From the NCBI GenBank assembly GCA_024613925.1, contig GCA_024613925.1_4713.1: 64,000 nt of DNA; one strand, 5' to 3'. The notes under the pieces were generated by a model. That model ran no database searches, had not been told where the DNA came from, and saw nothing but the letters and a program-made list of their open reading frames with translations. Origin of the DNA: a phage. Each line of letters starts with the position of its first letter. The first letter of the stretch is position 1. The position numbers were made by a program, and so were the translations under genes. This document shows, piece by piece, positions 48,907 through 59,290 of this stretch.

Positions 48907-51048
48907 ATGGGTATTCTTGTTCAAAACGCCCTAATAACCAAACAAGCGTTTTTATTACCTGGCGATAGCAGCACGCTTAGTGCTGACATGATTAAAGCGA
49001 GACATACACCGTATTCCTACGATAACGTCGATGATACCACCTTAGGTGGGAACTGGGTGCTTAACCCGCCACCGCAATACACCAAATTTGCCGACATCAA
49101 AGAACGCCGACGTGCGGTTATGCCGGGATCAACAGGCATGGGTCGAGGCTACAGTGAAAGCATTAACAGCTTTAAAGAAGTCGTTACGTTACGATTCGGT
49201 AAACCTCGCTTTACAGGCGCAAGTATCTTCTTTACTGATTTCTACGATGCGGATGTTGCCGTAACGGTTAAAACCGGTCGCGATCCCGGTATTCTTTATT
49301 ACGCAGCCAAAGCGTATACCACCGTTCTTTCTTACCTCACGCCTCTACCTTACCTGTATATGGTTGGACGTATTGGTCGATATTTCCTGGGTAAACCTAC
49401 CAGTCAATATTACTATCAAGTACCAACCATGCACGTGTATTGGGCGTCTTTCCAGACGCTGGTAAACCAAACAGCGATAAACATGGGTCTTATCGCCGGT
49501 GCCGGTAAAGATAAAGGCTATGTGGAAGAAGGGGGTACCGTACTCCACCAATATTCAATCGGTGGTCAGAACGTTGAAGAATTCATCAACTACGCCTCTA
49601 AGACACTACCGGGGATTTATAAGAAAGGTGGTGGGATCGATATCTATCAGATCGCAACACGCCGTCAGCGTATACAGAACGCATGGGTACGCCGTATTCA
49701 ATCCATGATGGAAAACGATTACTCGTCTTACGAGGAGTTCTGGAACGATCTTGATAAACGACTTGATAGCGGGGCATTTCCATCGGATGTGACAGGTCGT
49801 ACGTTAACGCAGTATCTCGCCGACACACAGAAGTCTGCTGTTTACAGTGCGACAGCTGGTGATAATAAACAAACGATGGACGACCTTTTATTCGGAAGGG
49901 CCACATACACCAACAAGGATGCTGATGCCAACTTCAATGTCTCGGCGGCTACCTCCGACGGCGGTACGTCAACACAGAGTCAGGGCACAACAGCCAATGT
50001 CGGTAATTCAACATCGGGGACAACGCAGGCTTCAACAGCAGCATCCACGGCTGGAGGCGCGAACGTACAGAGCAAAGGAATCGGACAAACGAATGCAGCC
50101 GAAGAAGCTACGTTTCTTGATCTGATGGATGCTGAACTGGCTGACGGTGCTCAGTTCATCAGTTTTCGAGTCGACTCTGTCACCAGTGTAACCGAAACGT
50201 TTTCAAACAGCGCATCAGAAAGTTCAATCGCGCAGACGATGAACAGTCGTGCGCAAGCGAACATCGAACGTCGTTTCACCCTTTCCGGTGGTAATACAGG
50301 TTGGGCTATATTGGACGAAGCAATCAAAGCCGGTTCCGATCTCGTTAATGGCGCTATTTCCGGGATGGGCCTGGATGGTATTTTTGGTGCTTTCATGGGT
50401 TCCGGCTTCGCAGACATTCCGAAATTCTATTCTGGGTCGTCAGTAAGTCTACCGCGTGCCGATCTGACGATGGAATTGCGTTCCTGGAGCGGGGATCGTT
50501 GGTCGATCTTTACGAACCTCATGGTACCTCTTTTAGCCATTCTTGCAGGTGGTTTACCTCAGGCTACCGGTAAATCGTCCTACGGGATGCCGTTCATGTG
50601 TGAGTGTTATATTCCCGGTAAAGTCCAGATTAAAATGGGTCTTATCGATAACATCACTGTGACTCGCCATGTTGGAAACGTACCATCAACACGCGAGCGA
50701 TTACCGTTGGGTATCGATGTCAGCTTCAGTGTTTATGACCTGTCGTCCATCGTCGCCATGCCGATCACAACGACAGCCGCATCGATCGCAAAATTGGATC
50801 CTCGTGGCTTCTTAAGCGATCTTCTTGCTGACGATACGCCACTCAACAACTATCTTGCTGTATTATCGGCATTGACGCTTACGGAACAAGTTTACATGAT
50901 TCCGGATTTAAGTCGTCGTATGCATAAAACCATGGCTGATATCGATAGTTTCTGGAGCAAAGGTAATTTTGCTAGCTGGTTGTCTGACACCATGCCTGGC
51001 AGGATAGCATCAGGGCTGTTATGGAAACGCACAGAACGACCGTTCTGA
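48907..51048 (+). CDS. putative virion structural protein (713 aa)
   Basis: GAGGA RBS; directly downstream of the giant virion protein; S/T/G/A-rich central segment. Confidence 0.5.
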   Translation: MGILVQNALITKQAFLLPGDSSTLSADMIKARHTPYSYDNVDDTTLGGNWVLNPPPQYTKFADIKERRRAVMPGSTGMGRGYSESINSFKEVVTLRFGKPRFTGASIFFTDFYDADVAVTVKTGRDPGILYYAAKAYTTVLSYLTPLPYLYMVGRIGRYFLGKPTSQYYYQVPTMHVYWASFQTLVNQTAINMGLIAGAGKDKGYVEEGGTVLHQYSIGGQNVEEFINYASKTLPGIYKKGGGIDIYQIATRRQRIQNAWVRRIQSMMENDYSSYEEFWNDLDKRLDSGAFPSDVTGRTLTQYLADTQKSAVYSATAGDNKQTMDDLLFGRATYTNKDADANFNVSAATSDGGTSTQSQGTTANVGNSTSGTTQASTAASTAGGANVQSKGIGQTNAAEEATFLDLMDAELADGAQFISFRVDSVTSVTETFSNSASESSIAQTMNSRAQANIERRFTLSGGNTGWAILDEAIKAGSDLVNGAISGMGLDGIFGAFMGSGFADIPKFYSGSSVSLPRADLTMELRSWSGDRWSIFTNLMVPLLAILAGGLPQATGKSSYGMPFMCECYIPGKVQIKMGLIDNITVTRHVGNVPSTRERLPLGIDVSFSVYDLSSIVAMPITTTAASIAKLDPRGFLSDLLADDTPLNNYLAVLSALTLTEQVYMIPDLSRRMHKTMADIDSFWSKGNFASWLSDTMPGRIASGLLWKRTERPF

Positions 51049-51063
51049 TATTCACTGCATAAA

Positions 51064-51097
51064 CCCCCTCTCCCTTCCCTGATGGGTTGGGAGAGGG
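51064..51097. terminator. GC-rich nested hairpin CCCTCTCCC...GGGAGAGGG
   Basis: 9-bp stem with inner CCC/GGG; between convergent genes. Confidence 0.5.
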
Positions 51098-51103
51098 ATT
51101 ATG

Positions 51104-52171
51104 TTAACCTAATGTCACCGTAGGTAAATCAGGATAAAGTTTCTTCAAGCCTGCCATCGTGGTGGTAGTTGTATAATTCTTACCCATCACAGCAAGAGAT
51201 GCGTATTTCCTACTGCGGGAGAAAAGGGAATAGAACCCACTGGATGTTTCCATCCACATCGTGAGGAGTTCTGCATCATTACCGTGATAGTTCGTTTTAC
51301 CCCATCCGGGTTTAAACGCATCGGCAAAATCAATTAAACGCGAGGCTTCAGCGTCGTATTCTTTAAGGGTAAGGTACGATGGGATACGGTAGTTACGGAA
51401 CAGTAACGTAATGAGTTCAGGGACAACGCTACGGGCACGTTCAGCCGTAATGAGTTCGGTGATAACAGCAGCTGTACGGAAATCGCCGTTAAGACCAACG
51501 CTGCTTAACGATTCCGCTAAAGTGGTTGCCATCGCCACTTTATCCTCCGCTGACCCAGAGTCATACAGACTACGTACATCGATATAGTTGCCTGCTAATG
51601 CGGCTTGACGAATCAACGACGTGACAACCGTCCGGTTCGTCTTATAGTCGTTGTAGCTGAATTCGGTTCGCGTTTTCCCTTGATCCTCGAGATACCGATC
51701 AACAATCGTCGACAGTTTATAATACTCATCGCCAGACATCAGACTATCGAGAAGCTTAACATTTCCATCTTTATCGATAAGCTTCCCTAACGCACCATTG
51801 GATTGCTGGTTAATGGTGCTGTAAATCTGGTCTTTTACTTGCGATAGGATGTTATCGGTTGACGATATATTCAGGCCAGTAACATCTTTGATCTTATTCA
51901 TCAACGCGTTTTCATTCAGGGAGATTTTGCCTCCGCCGATATCGATGAAAGAATTAAGATCGCTTATGGAAATCAGGTTTCCTGTTAACGCCGATAATGT
52001 ACTATTGATACTGTTCGTAATACTGCTACGAAAACTGGTTAACGCATCCGCCGCCGAAACAGCGGTACCGCTAACCGCTTTAAGGAGCGTATCACGCCCT
52101 GTCGAAAAATCGCTGGTGATGGTTTTGATCTTGGACGTATCTATACTCGGCAGTTTGTCGTAAAGACTCAT
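51104..52171 (-). CDS. putative structural protein (355 aa from ATG 52171)
   Basis: AGGAGG RBS 6 nt before ATG 52171 (track start 52222 overlaps hairpin and is rejected); S/T/N-rich. Confidence 0.5.
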   Translation of the reverse strand: MSLYDKLPSIDTSKIKTITSDFSTGRDTLLKAVSGTAVSAADALTSFRSSITNSINSTLSALTGNLISISDLNSFIDIGGGKISLNENALMNKIKDVTGLNISSTDNILSQVKDQIYSTINQQSNGALGKLIDKDGNVKLLDSLMSGDEYYKLSTIVDRYLEDQGKTRTEFSYNDYKTNRTVVTSLIRQAALAGNYIDVRSLYDSGSAEDKVAMATTLAESLSSVGLNGDFRTAAVITELITAERARSVVPELITLLFRNYRIPSYLTLKEYDAEASRLIDFADAFKPGWGKTNYHGNDAELLTMWMETSSGFYSLFSRSRKYASLAVMGKNYTTTTTMAGLKKLYPDLPTVTLG

Positions 52172-52200
52172 CACGTCCTCCTGAAAAAGAAAAAAGAAAT

Positions 52201-52211
52201 ACGGCATAAAG
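52201..52211 (-). promoter_or_regulatory. TATG-class promoter-like motif (sense CTTTATGCCGT)
   Basis: Motif family member between hairpin 52211-52236 and gene start 52171. Confidence 0.4.
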
Positions 52212-52236
52212 CCTACCCACACAATGGTGGGTAGGC
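52211..52236 (-). terminator. hairpin GCCTACCCAC-ACAATG-GTGGGTAGGC
   Basis: 10-bp perfect stem downstream of gene 52254-52766. Confidence 0.5.
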
Positions 52237-52253
52237 TAAGATCAACATCGATG

Positions 52254-52766
52254 TTAAACTTCTTCGTTTTCTGAACCTAATGATTCAGCATCTGGATCGT
52301 CAACAGGAATAGTTGCGTCAAAATACCGTTTCGTATGCGTGGTTGTATAACCTACGCTATCTGTGATGGAAATCGTAAACGTGACTTCTCTTGCACGGAT
52401 TAAGCGTAGTTTATTCATGAAGTTACGGAACGGCATCGATCCCCGATTCAACTCCTTAATGACGTTTCCCCGAATACTGGAAATGTCTTTATTCGTTTTA
52501 TCAGGATGTCGTTTCTTCACATCACGCATATGTCGGGTAATATACGAATTGAGCTGATTTGCGCCGATCCCTCTCTCCGTATAAATCTGCAACAGGAACT
52601 CCGTAAGGAAATCCTGTCTACCCGTAGGCGTCCAGAAATTGTTACCGTGATGGTAGTTAGTCGCTCGTCCTCGATTGCTTTGAGGATTTTCATCATCGCT
52701 TTCGTCACGACGCTTAAGCGGATTAATGCGCGCGCGAAAAGAGACTTCATTATATTTATTTGTCAT
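52254..52766 (-). CDS. hypothetical protein (170 aa from ATG 52766)
   Basis: ATGA overlap with stop of upstream gene 52763-53278. Confidence 0.45.
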   Translation of the reverse strand: MTNKYNEVSFRARINPLKRRDESDDENPQSNRGRATNYHHGNNFWTPTGRQDFLTEFLLQIYTERGIGANQLNSYITRHMRDVKKRHPDKTNKDISSIRGNVIKELNRGSMPFRNFMNKLRLIRAREVTFTISITDSVGYTTTHTKRYFDATIPVDDPDAESLGSENEEV

Positions 52767-53278
52767 AATACACCAGTGTACTGACTGAGTGCGAAGGTTA
52801 GGAGTTCGCAACAGTCTCTCGCTAGTTTCCTTGTTTTGCGTAATCCATAAGCCGCATCCAAATCGTCACGTTCCGCCAGCGCGTCTAACCACGTCGCAAG
52901 TATGCGTCCATACTCGATAACGTCACGCATGAGAACGTCGAACTGGATAACACGACCATCGGCATCAGCAAGCCAACGATTGAATGTGATTTGTGGTGCT
53001 AGTATTGCATATGTTCTCTCCTCTAATGCTATTATGTTTATGTTGCCTTCGTTATCGAACGCTTGATGCCAACGGCGAAGGTCAAGCATCAACGACTCAG
53101 CGTCCATATACCACAACGGTAAATACGTTTTACGTGCAACGCGTATATCGTAGATGTTGTGAACCCAGGACGTTGTTTTGTAAAGCAACAAGAGTTCGTT
53201 TAACCGTTGCCTATCATCTTGAAACGTCTTCCTTTTATAACGTTGGAATGCACGTCTCAAGAAAAAGCGATGTAACAT
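52763..53278 (-). CDS. hypothetical early protein (171 aa)
   Basis: ORF; early-promoter-like element 88 nt upstream. Confidence 0.5.
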   Translation of the reverse strand: MLHRFFLRRAFQRYKRKTFQDDRQRLNELLLLYKTTSWVHNIYDIRVARKTYLPLWYMDAESLMLDLRRWHQAFDNEGNINIIALEERTYAILAPQITFNRWLADADGRVIQFDVLMRDVIEYGRILATWLDALAERDDLDAAYGLRKTRKLARDCCELLTFALSQYTGVL

Positions 53279-53365
53279 GGCATCACCTATGTATCATTCT
53301 TGCAGGCATCAATGAAGCCATCACAAGAAGGTAACGTTATACGTCGCCTTCATGACAGTCATCAT

Positions 53366-53400
53366 GAAGGTAATATAGTCCTGTTATTTTTTTCAATACG
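53366..53400 (-). promoter_or_regulatory. early-promoter-like element (sense CGTATTGAAAAAAATAACAGGACTATATTACCTTC)
   Basis: Third copy of the 35-nt element with TATATTACC core. Confidence 0.45.
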
Positions 53401-53411
53401 GAGAATGTAAA

Positions 53412-54041
53412 ATGAGCGAATATGGTGTTGCCCCCGTAGATGATGAACCGCAAGAAGCACCTGATAAATTCGAGGTCCGTCTTGACGAAACCCGTAATAT
53501 CCGCCAACGATTTATTCAACGCCTTGAAATGCTGTTAGATAGCGAATTCAAAGAATTTGAGCATAACCCCGGTGCTGATAATAAAGCCATCGTTGACGTC
53601 GAAAACGTCGACCGCATAGGTAAGCTGTTATTGAAATCGTTGGGTGATAACGACAAAGTCGACTTAACGTTGAAACGTATCAGCGCCGACCAGGCCATGA
53701 ACGACAGCGCATTGAAAACAGCACAGGCCCTAACCGAAACCATGCTGCGCCGCTTAGGTCAGATGGATCAACATCCTCTCGCAGCAGGGGCTGTTTATGA
53801 AGGCGAAGTCGTGAAGCCAGTCACGCCTGAAGAACGTGATCGTCGACTTGGTTTTGCGTCATTGGAAGAGTTCGACAGCAAGGAGTTTTCACCAGGCGTT
53901 CTCATCCAGGGACGTGTCGAAGAAACAAGTGATGCTTTCTATGCTAGAATGGCTCAACTGACGGCGTCGGTTCGTGAGGAGGTATCTCAGAAGATGGCTG
54001 CAGATCATCAATCTTCGGAGGCGTCACACGAGGAGGAATAA
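53412..54041 (+). CDS. hypothetical acidic protein (209 aa)
   Basis: ORF with GGAG RBS; 3' end overlaps the convergent gene 53944-54732 by 98 nt. Confidence 0.5.
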   Translation: MSEYGVAPVDDEPQEAPDKFEVRLDETRNIRQRFIQRLEMLLDSEFKEFEHNPGADNKAIVDVENVDRIGKLLLKSLGDNDKVDLTLKRISADQAMNDSALKTAQALTETMLRRLGQMDQHPLAAGAVYEGEVVKPVTPEERDRRLGFASLEEFDSKEFSPGVLIQGRVEETSDAFYARMAQLTASVREEVSQKMAADHQSSEASHEEE

Positions 54042-54732
54042 AATAACTGAACCATTTTATTCCAAAGAACCGCATGAACATCACAGGTGCGTTAGAAAGT
54101 TCGATTGCTTCGTAAAGTTTGTCGTAAGCCAGATCGGAATCAGGGATGGTTTCGCTGATTCGTCTGGCTACCACCAATACGTTACAAATCGGATTGTCTT
54201 CTAACAGCATCTGATTGGGGAGGTGCCAGCGTTTGAAATCGTAAAAGAACATCGCGTTATACGTCTTACGGATTTCTGACGGATGCAGTGTGGCCGGATG
54301 ACGGTAAATAATCTCAACGCTATCTTGCGCGCCGAGATATTGCTGGATGCCTTCTTTTAACGCCGTCGCTGCATCTCCCACAAATTCAAACGGGTACGTA
54401 TTCACATGAACCGAAAAATCCGGTGCAGCAATCCCTGTCAAGCGGTCTTTCATGTAGTCCGCAACCACGTAACATAATCGCCACATCAACTCCGTCGGAA
54501 TGCATTTATCGAGAATGGTTTCATCGATATTTGCCAACGCACCCTTAAACTCTTCGTAAGTGTAAGTAACACCCGCCTGCTTCTCCGGCTCCAGGTTATA
54601 GGGTCGGTAGTGCCATTTCTTCCCCCACTTTCTGATAGCCTCCGGATCCAACGTTGTTGCTACCGCCATTTCGATATCAAGCAGCGCCTCGAGTTCTACG
54701 TACACCGTCACTAACGCCGCATTTCCAGTCAT
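53944..54732 (-). CDS. hypothetical protein (262 aa)
   Basis: ORF; ATGA-type overlap with downstream gene. Confidence 0.45.
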   Translation of the reverse strand: MTGNAALVTVYVELEALLDIEMAVATTLDPEAIRKWGKKWHYRPYNLEPEKQAGVTYTYEEFKGALANIDETILDKCIPTELMWRLCYVVADYMKDRLTGIAAPDFSVHVNTYPFEFVGDAATALKEGIQQYLGAQDSVEIIYRHPATLHPSEIRKTYNAMFFYDFKRWHLPNQMLLEDNPICNVLVVARRISETIPDSDLAYDKLYEAIELSNAPVMFMRFFGIKWFSYFIPPRVTPPKIDDLQPSSEIPPHEPTPSVEPF

Positions 54733-55436
54733 CGTTGCTCTCCAGCTTCACCGGTTAACATCTGCATATCGGGAGACGTTTTAATTTTCTTCTCGTACTC
54801 TTTTGTTTGTTTGAATACCAATTCACCGATTTCTTCCAATTCTTCAACGGTGACGGTATGCAAATAGAGCAACGGAATAAACCAGGTATTCGCACGAAGC
54901 ATATCCCGAATATCATCAACAGTGGGTAATTCCGTAAAGAACTGTTCGTCTACCGCGAATAAATCCCGGGCGATACCATCCACCAGTTTATGGTTGCTTT
55001 CATGGATCCATGCAAAACTTCCAGCAAGATGATCGATAAGCATATCGATGTCATCGTCCGTTGAGAACACTGTACGGCGAACATGCGTTGTGAGGTCCAT
55101 CGTAAAACCCATTAACGAAGGGGTTTCCTCAGAACGGAGTTCACGCCAAAGACGGATCATGTTTTCAGGGATAAACAAATCATGGATGAACGTCACACTG
55201 AATTTCGTAACCCAGTCACGAATTGTCGCACCTTTGGAATATTGTTGCGGTGGGGAATACAAATACACCCAACGTTTTGTGTACGCGATAACTTCCTTTC
55301 GCATCGCTGCATCTAAAACAAGCACGTAACGATCGGAAGCAAGCTCTTCTAATAAAAGCTCGAACGCATCATCACTCTCTGGAGAGAACGATCGTTTTAT
55401 TTCTGCGATACGTCGTGATAACCGACCACGTAACAT
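54729..55436 (-). CDS. hypothetical protein (235 aa)
   Basis: ORF. Confidence 0.5.
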   Translation of the reverse strand: MLRGRLSRRIAEIKRSFSPESDDAFELLLEELASDRYVLVLDAAMRKEVIAYTKRWVYLYSPPQQYSKGATIRDWVTKFSVTFIHDLFIPENMIRLWRELRSEETPSLMGFTMDLTTHVRRTVFSTDDDIDMLIDHLAGSFAWIHESNHKLVDGIARDLFAVDEQFFTELPTVDDIRDMLRANTWFIPLLYLHTVTVEELEEIGELVFKQTKEYEKKIKTSPDMQMLTGEAGEQR

Positions 55437-55438
55437 AA

Positions 55439-56113
55439 TTAGCCCTCATCAAGGTTATTCTGGAGATGCATCGCGGTGAGAATAACACCAACCGCCGAAA
55501 CCGATTTTGCCTTGCTGTCTTCAGGAAGCTGCTCCAAGCTTACGGTGCCTGTTTCTAACAGCATGCGGTTCATCGCGTTGAACTTCTTATCATCACCACC
55601 GCGAGCCTGCATCAGCTCGCGGTTCACGTTCGGCATCGACCGTCCTAACGTCGCCTGCATTTCCGGCTGGCTCCAAGTGGAACCTTTACTATCACCCGTC
55701 GGCTGATTGGTGAGCTGGTCCTTGGTGTTGTTGTTTTTCGGAATCGAAATTTTAGCACTCAACGTTTCGGCTTGTCGGCGGTTTGGAATCAGGTACAATC
55801 TGGTTGGGCGGTCACGAAGCACCAATTGCCCTGTTTTCTGGTCGGTGAGATAAATACGCTGGAAGAAGGGGAAACCGTATTTCTTACCGACTTCCAACGC
55901 CCGTTTTATCGTCACCTCGTTTTTGTTCATATTGGGTACCCAGATGGGTAGAATCTCTTTCTTATCCCGACATAAACGCATGTAGGCATCAAACGTCTCA
56001 TCATCGATTTCGGCAAAACGTTTTTTGTAAATAGCGTAAGTCGGGCTCGATTCACCCACCAGGTCTTTGATATACCCAAGAATGAATTTTTCTGCTGCAG
56101 CGCGGTTGGACAT
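55439..56113 (-). CDS. hypothetical protein (224 aa)
   Basis: ORF. Confidence 0.5.
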   Translation of the reverse strand: MSNRAAAEKFILGYIKDLVGESSPTYAIYKKRFAEIDDETFDAYMRLCRDKKEILPIWVPNMNKNEVTIKRALEVGKKYGFPFFQRIYLTDQKTGQLVLRDRPTRLYLIPNRRQAETLSAKISIPKNNNTKDQLTNQPTGDSKGSTWSQPEMQATLGRSMPNVNRELMQARGGDDKKFNAMNRMLLETGTVSLEQLPEDSKAKSVSAVGVILTAMHLQNNLDEG

Positions 56114-56122
56114 AAACGTCTC

Positions 56123-56464
56123 CTATTGTCGTGTCTGTTGCGGAAATACCCGAAACACCTGGACAATGATGTTCTTGTCCTCGCGGTTGGCGATGTCGAT
56201 CATGTGTTTTGTTCCAGGACTTTTGAAATCCCAGAACGCAATTAGATGCGTAATGACATCGCCCATCCACTCATTGCGTCTGAATCCAGCACCTTTACGA
56301 TAAGGACCATCCCAATCGGCAGGAAACGTGGTGTATTTAAACCCGTAATCCTTCGCGTAGCGGCGCACATGCAAATCAGCGCCTGAATGCGCACCGCCAG
56401 CAATGAGATGAACTTTGTCGTGAGGAAGGTTGTGTAACATCTGGTTCATACGCTTTTCGAACAA
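56123..56464 (-). CDS. SLOG/DUF2493-like Rossmann-fold protein (113 aa)
   Basis: Motifs GGAHSGADLHVRRYA, FPADWDGPYRKGAGFRRN, LIAFWDFKSPGTKHMI match the DUF2493 pattern (ADW...G.AG.RN...FWDG.S.GT.H) as I recall it. Confidence 0.5.
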   Translation of the reverse strand: MFEKRMNQMLHNLPHDKVHLIAGGAHSGADLHVRRYAKDYGFKYTTFPADWDGPYRKGAGFRRNEWMGDVITHLIAFWDFKSPGTKHMIDIANREDKNIIVQVFRVFPQQTRQ

Positions 56465-56517
56465 GGGATAATCATCCCAGTAGCGTGATCCTGATACCCC
56501 TACACGATAGGGTTCGC

Positions 56518-56838
56518 TTATCTTCCACCGCGCAATGACTTTACGTTGCGTGCAATAAAGGGCGCAACGTAATCACGGAAATTATGGATCCATCCTTTAA
56601 TGGGTTGGTTGTCGAGTAAGCACTCACGTACCGAAAACGTACTTACTTCTAATACACCAAACTGTAGTCGCCAATAGCGATTGATTTCAGCTTGGGTATG
56701 TTCTAATGTCATGTACTCAGGAACACGAGCCAATAGGTCGTGTTTAAATTGCTCAGCAATCGCTGGCTGATGTGACGCAATTGTCTGCGTGATAACATCA
56801 ATCAGTTCATGTGCATGCTTGATAGCAGGTGCGGTCAT
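56518..56838 (-). CDS. hypothetical protein (106 aa)
   Basis: ORF. Confidence 0.45.
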   Translation of the reverse strand: MTAPAIKHAHELIDVITQTIASHQPAIAEQFKHDLLARVPEYMTLEHTQAEINRYWRLQFGVLEVSTFSVRECLLDNQPIKGWIHNFRDYVAPFIARNVKSLRGGR

Positions 56839-56850
56839 TTATTTAGCCTT

Positions 56851-58341
56851 TTATTTTTTACTCGGACGATTTAATGCGGGTACCGGGTTCTTTGGTTGTT
56901 TTGTCTTTTCATCCATCCAGTACGGAAAGTACTCACCAGTACGCATACGCAATAAGTCCATTGTAGACAGGAACGGCAGTGGGTTAGGATCGTCCAAATA
57001 CGTCCAGTAACCACGCGTGTTTAACAATACATCCCAATCGAAACCTTTTGCTTTAAGATCGTCGTACAGTTCCTGTGGGGTGCAATACAGTTGTGGGTTT
57101 TCGTAAACCTCTTGACGCCAGAGATTATGCATCTGACACAGCTCCGACGTAATTTCCAGAGCACGCTGTAAATACTCATCCTCTTCGCAGAGTGAACGAA
57201 TGGTCGTACGCTGCAACGCAACATCCGGATAAATATCCAAATACACGGTTGAAGCACCATCCGCTGACTTACCACCTGACGCATGCATACCCCAACCACG
57301 CATCCAATCTTTATCACGCAGGTAGTGGTATTCCGTTAATGATGGTTTAACCCCTTCGCTCTGACTAACCACAATCGGGAACGGTAAACCGGTAGGTCCG
57401 TTTTTAGCGCGCATGTTGAAGACTTGAATCAACTGCAGATCGGTATCCCCGATAAGGTTGTCACCAGGCCCACGCGGATAAAGGACGCGTTTATCGGCGT
57501 TCTGAAGAATCGTCAGTTTATCGATTTTCCAGAGGTTATTCGTATAAAACGTGAAGCGTTCCGGGACGTTCTTAAACTTCTCATCGCCCTTAAACCCTTT
57601 CAGTTTTCGTACCGGCTGCTGTCCCGGCATACCACCAACGTTTACACCGTCACCAAGGTGGGCGGTCATGGTAATGTAGATACCCGCCGACGCTGTGAGT
57701 ACTGGCATCTGTGATAGAATCTGGCTTTTCGCTGCTGCTGAACGCATCGCTTCGGCATTCAGTTTTGCACCACCTGCGGTTTCTTTATCGAACAGTGCAT
57801 CAACGGCATCGATTGGTAACCCAGAGAAACTGTCGATGAGTACGACGGTCGGCAACCACCAGGTATAGTTCTCACCATGTTTATTAATAAACGGAACGGC
57901 TTTGCGTTGAGATTTATCTTTGACCTTGTCGTCACGGAATTTCTTAATCGCATCAAACCAAATGTTACCGCTCATCTGAACAGCATCGGTGATAAACACG
58001 CGTTCTTCTTCGAAAAGATCAACACCTGCGATATTAGACATGTTCATCGCAAGCGTTAAGATACGCGTTGTTGTTAACGACATTTCTGTGTCGTAAACGC
58101 TACTATTGCTGTTTGCGTAACGATCGATAACGCGTAACAAGCGAAACATTATGAACGTGGTTTTGTTCATGTTGCCGCGAGCGCCTGCGCCCTCAACAAG
58201 CATCATGCCGCCGTTACAAATGCTTTCACCGTGTTTACCGACATAGTACCGACCACCAGATGTGGGAATATCCATTAAGCAGCCAATGTTGAGATTAAAA
58301 CGCATCTCTTCACCGGGAGAAAGGTACTTATTAAGATTCAT
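56851..58341 (-). CDS. hypothetical protein (496 aa); weak RecA-fold-like features, unconfirmed
   Basis: Long ORF next to RNase H and SLOG genes; LMDIPTSGG and VVLIDSFSGL loosely recall RecA segments but no canonical Walker A. Confidence 0.5.
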   Translation of the reverse strand: MNLNKYLSPGEEMRFNLNIGCLMDIPTSGGRYYVGKHGESICNGGMMLVEGAGARGNMNKTTFIMFRLLRVIDRYANSNSSVYDTEMSLTTTRILTLAMNMSNIAGVDLFEEERVFITDAVQMSGNIWFDAIKKFRDDKVKDKSQRKAVPFINKHGENYTWWLPTVVLIDSFSGLPIDAVDALFDKETAGGAKLNAEAMRSAAAKSQILSQMPVLTASAGIYITMTAHLGDGVNVGGMPGQQPVRKLKGFKGDEKFKNVPERFTFYTNNLWKIDKLTILQNADKRVLYPRGPGDNLIGDTDLQLIQVFNMRAKNGPTGLPFPIVVSQSEGVKPSLTEYHYLRDKDWMRGWGMHASGGKSADGASTVYLDIYPDVALQRTTIRSLCEEDEYLQRALEITSELCQMHNLWRQEVYENPQLYCTPQELYDDLKAKGFDWDVLLNTRGYWTYLDDPNPLPFLSTMDLLRMRTGEYFPYWMDEKTKQPKNPVPALNRPSKK

Positions 58342-58439
58342 TGGGTAAAGACTCCTTCGATTCTTCGACTAATTCTTAGTGTTCAGAGAATAACTATTTT
58401 TAGTTAAGACTGACAACCGCTATTTCCACGAGGACAATC

Positions 58440-59282
58440 ATGCATAAATTTACCATTCCTGAAGACCCGATTACACTGCAGACCCTTTGGGATTCACATC
58501 GTGCTTTATCAATGGAAGGCTTTGCGCAAGACTTCGCTTCACTTACCGCAGTAACGAACCTTCGTAGTATGTTTACTAACGGTAAGAAGTTTGTTACCGA
58601 CTGGCTTAAGAAACGTGATGAGACGGTTTATCCTAAAGTCTTCGATGACCTCGATACCATCTTTAGCAACAACGCTTACAGCGATCTCATTGGGTATCGC
58701 GCTTTTATTCCGAATGGTTTAAATGCGCCGATGTCAGATTATGTTGTTGCTTTAACCCAGAGTCTGGATAGCGTAATTGGCACCATCCTACCTGATTTGG
58801 ATAAGTTGACCGTAACGTGCGCTAAAGCCGTCAATGACGTCAACTTCCGTCGTAGTAGTGGTATGGCTCAAACGCTACCTAAAAACGACCCAGAGAACGT
58901 TCTAGAGACGTTACGTGCGATGTTCAAACAAGGGACGGTAACACAGACCACTGTAGGCCGTGCATATAAGAACGAAGACGATATTCGTCAGATCGGAAAA
59001 GATCTGGATGCTTCCCGTATCCGTGCGCTTGACGTTAATCCTAAAGACGTGAAGAAGGCAATCGAACGTTTCATGGAGGTGGCTGACCGTTTAACCGAAA
59101 TCCTGGTTCAAGACTACAACGAAGGTGCAGTGAGCAACGCGATGATTCGCGATATTAGCGACGCTATCTACCAAACAGCCAAGCAGGCCGAACTGTATGC
59201 GTTTCTCGTGAACGCGTTGGCTGAGGCGATCATCGCATATAACGATACCTGGGACGCCGTTAAAAAGAACGCGAAAAAATAA
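58440..59282 (+). CDS. hypothetical protein (280 aa)
   Basis: ORF with GAGGA RBS; terminator hairpin follows. Confidence 0.55.
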   Translation: MHKFTIPEDPITLQTLWDSHRALSMEGFAQDFASLTAVTNLRSMFTNGKKFVTDWLKKRDETVYPKVFDDLDTIFSNNAYSDLIGYRAFIPNGLNAPMSDYVVALTQSLDSVIGTILPDLDKLTVTCAKAVNDVNFRRSSGMAQTLPKNDPENVLETLRAMFKQGTVTQTTVGRAYKNEDDIRQIGKDLDASRIRALDVNPKDVKKAIERFMEVADRLTEILVQDYNEGAVSNAMIRDISDAIYQTAKQAELYAFLVNALAEAIIAYNDTWDAVKKNAKK

Positions 59283-59290
59283 CATAATAA

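Noticed and set aside
52172-52222. Track start at 52222 for gene 51104-52171
   Set aside because: The extension overlaps hairpin 52211-52236 and the TATG motif; AGGAGG RBS precedes ATG 52171
53337-53519. 60-aa minus-strand ORF
   Set aside because: It lies over the early-like element and the 5' end of the plus gene 53412-54041
56851-58341. RecA/UvsX recombinase call for the 496-aa ORF
   Set aside because: No canonical Walker A (GxxxxGKT/S) or Walker B could be read; resemblance is limited to two short segments
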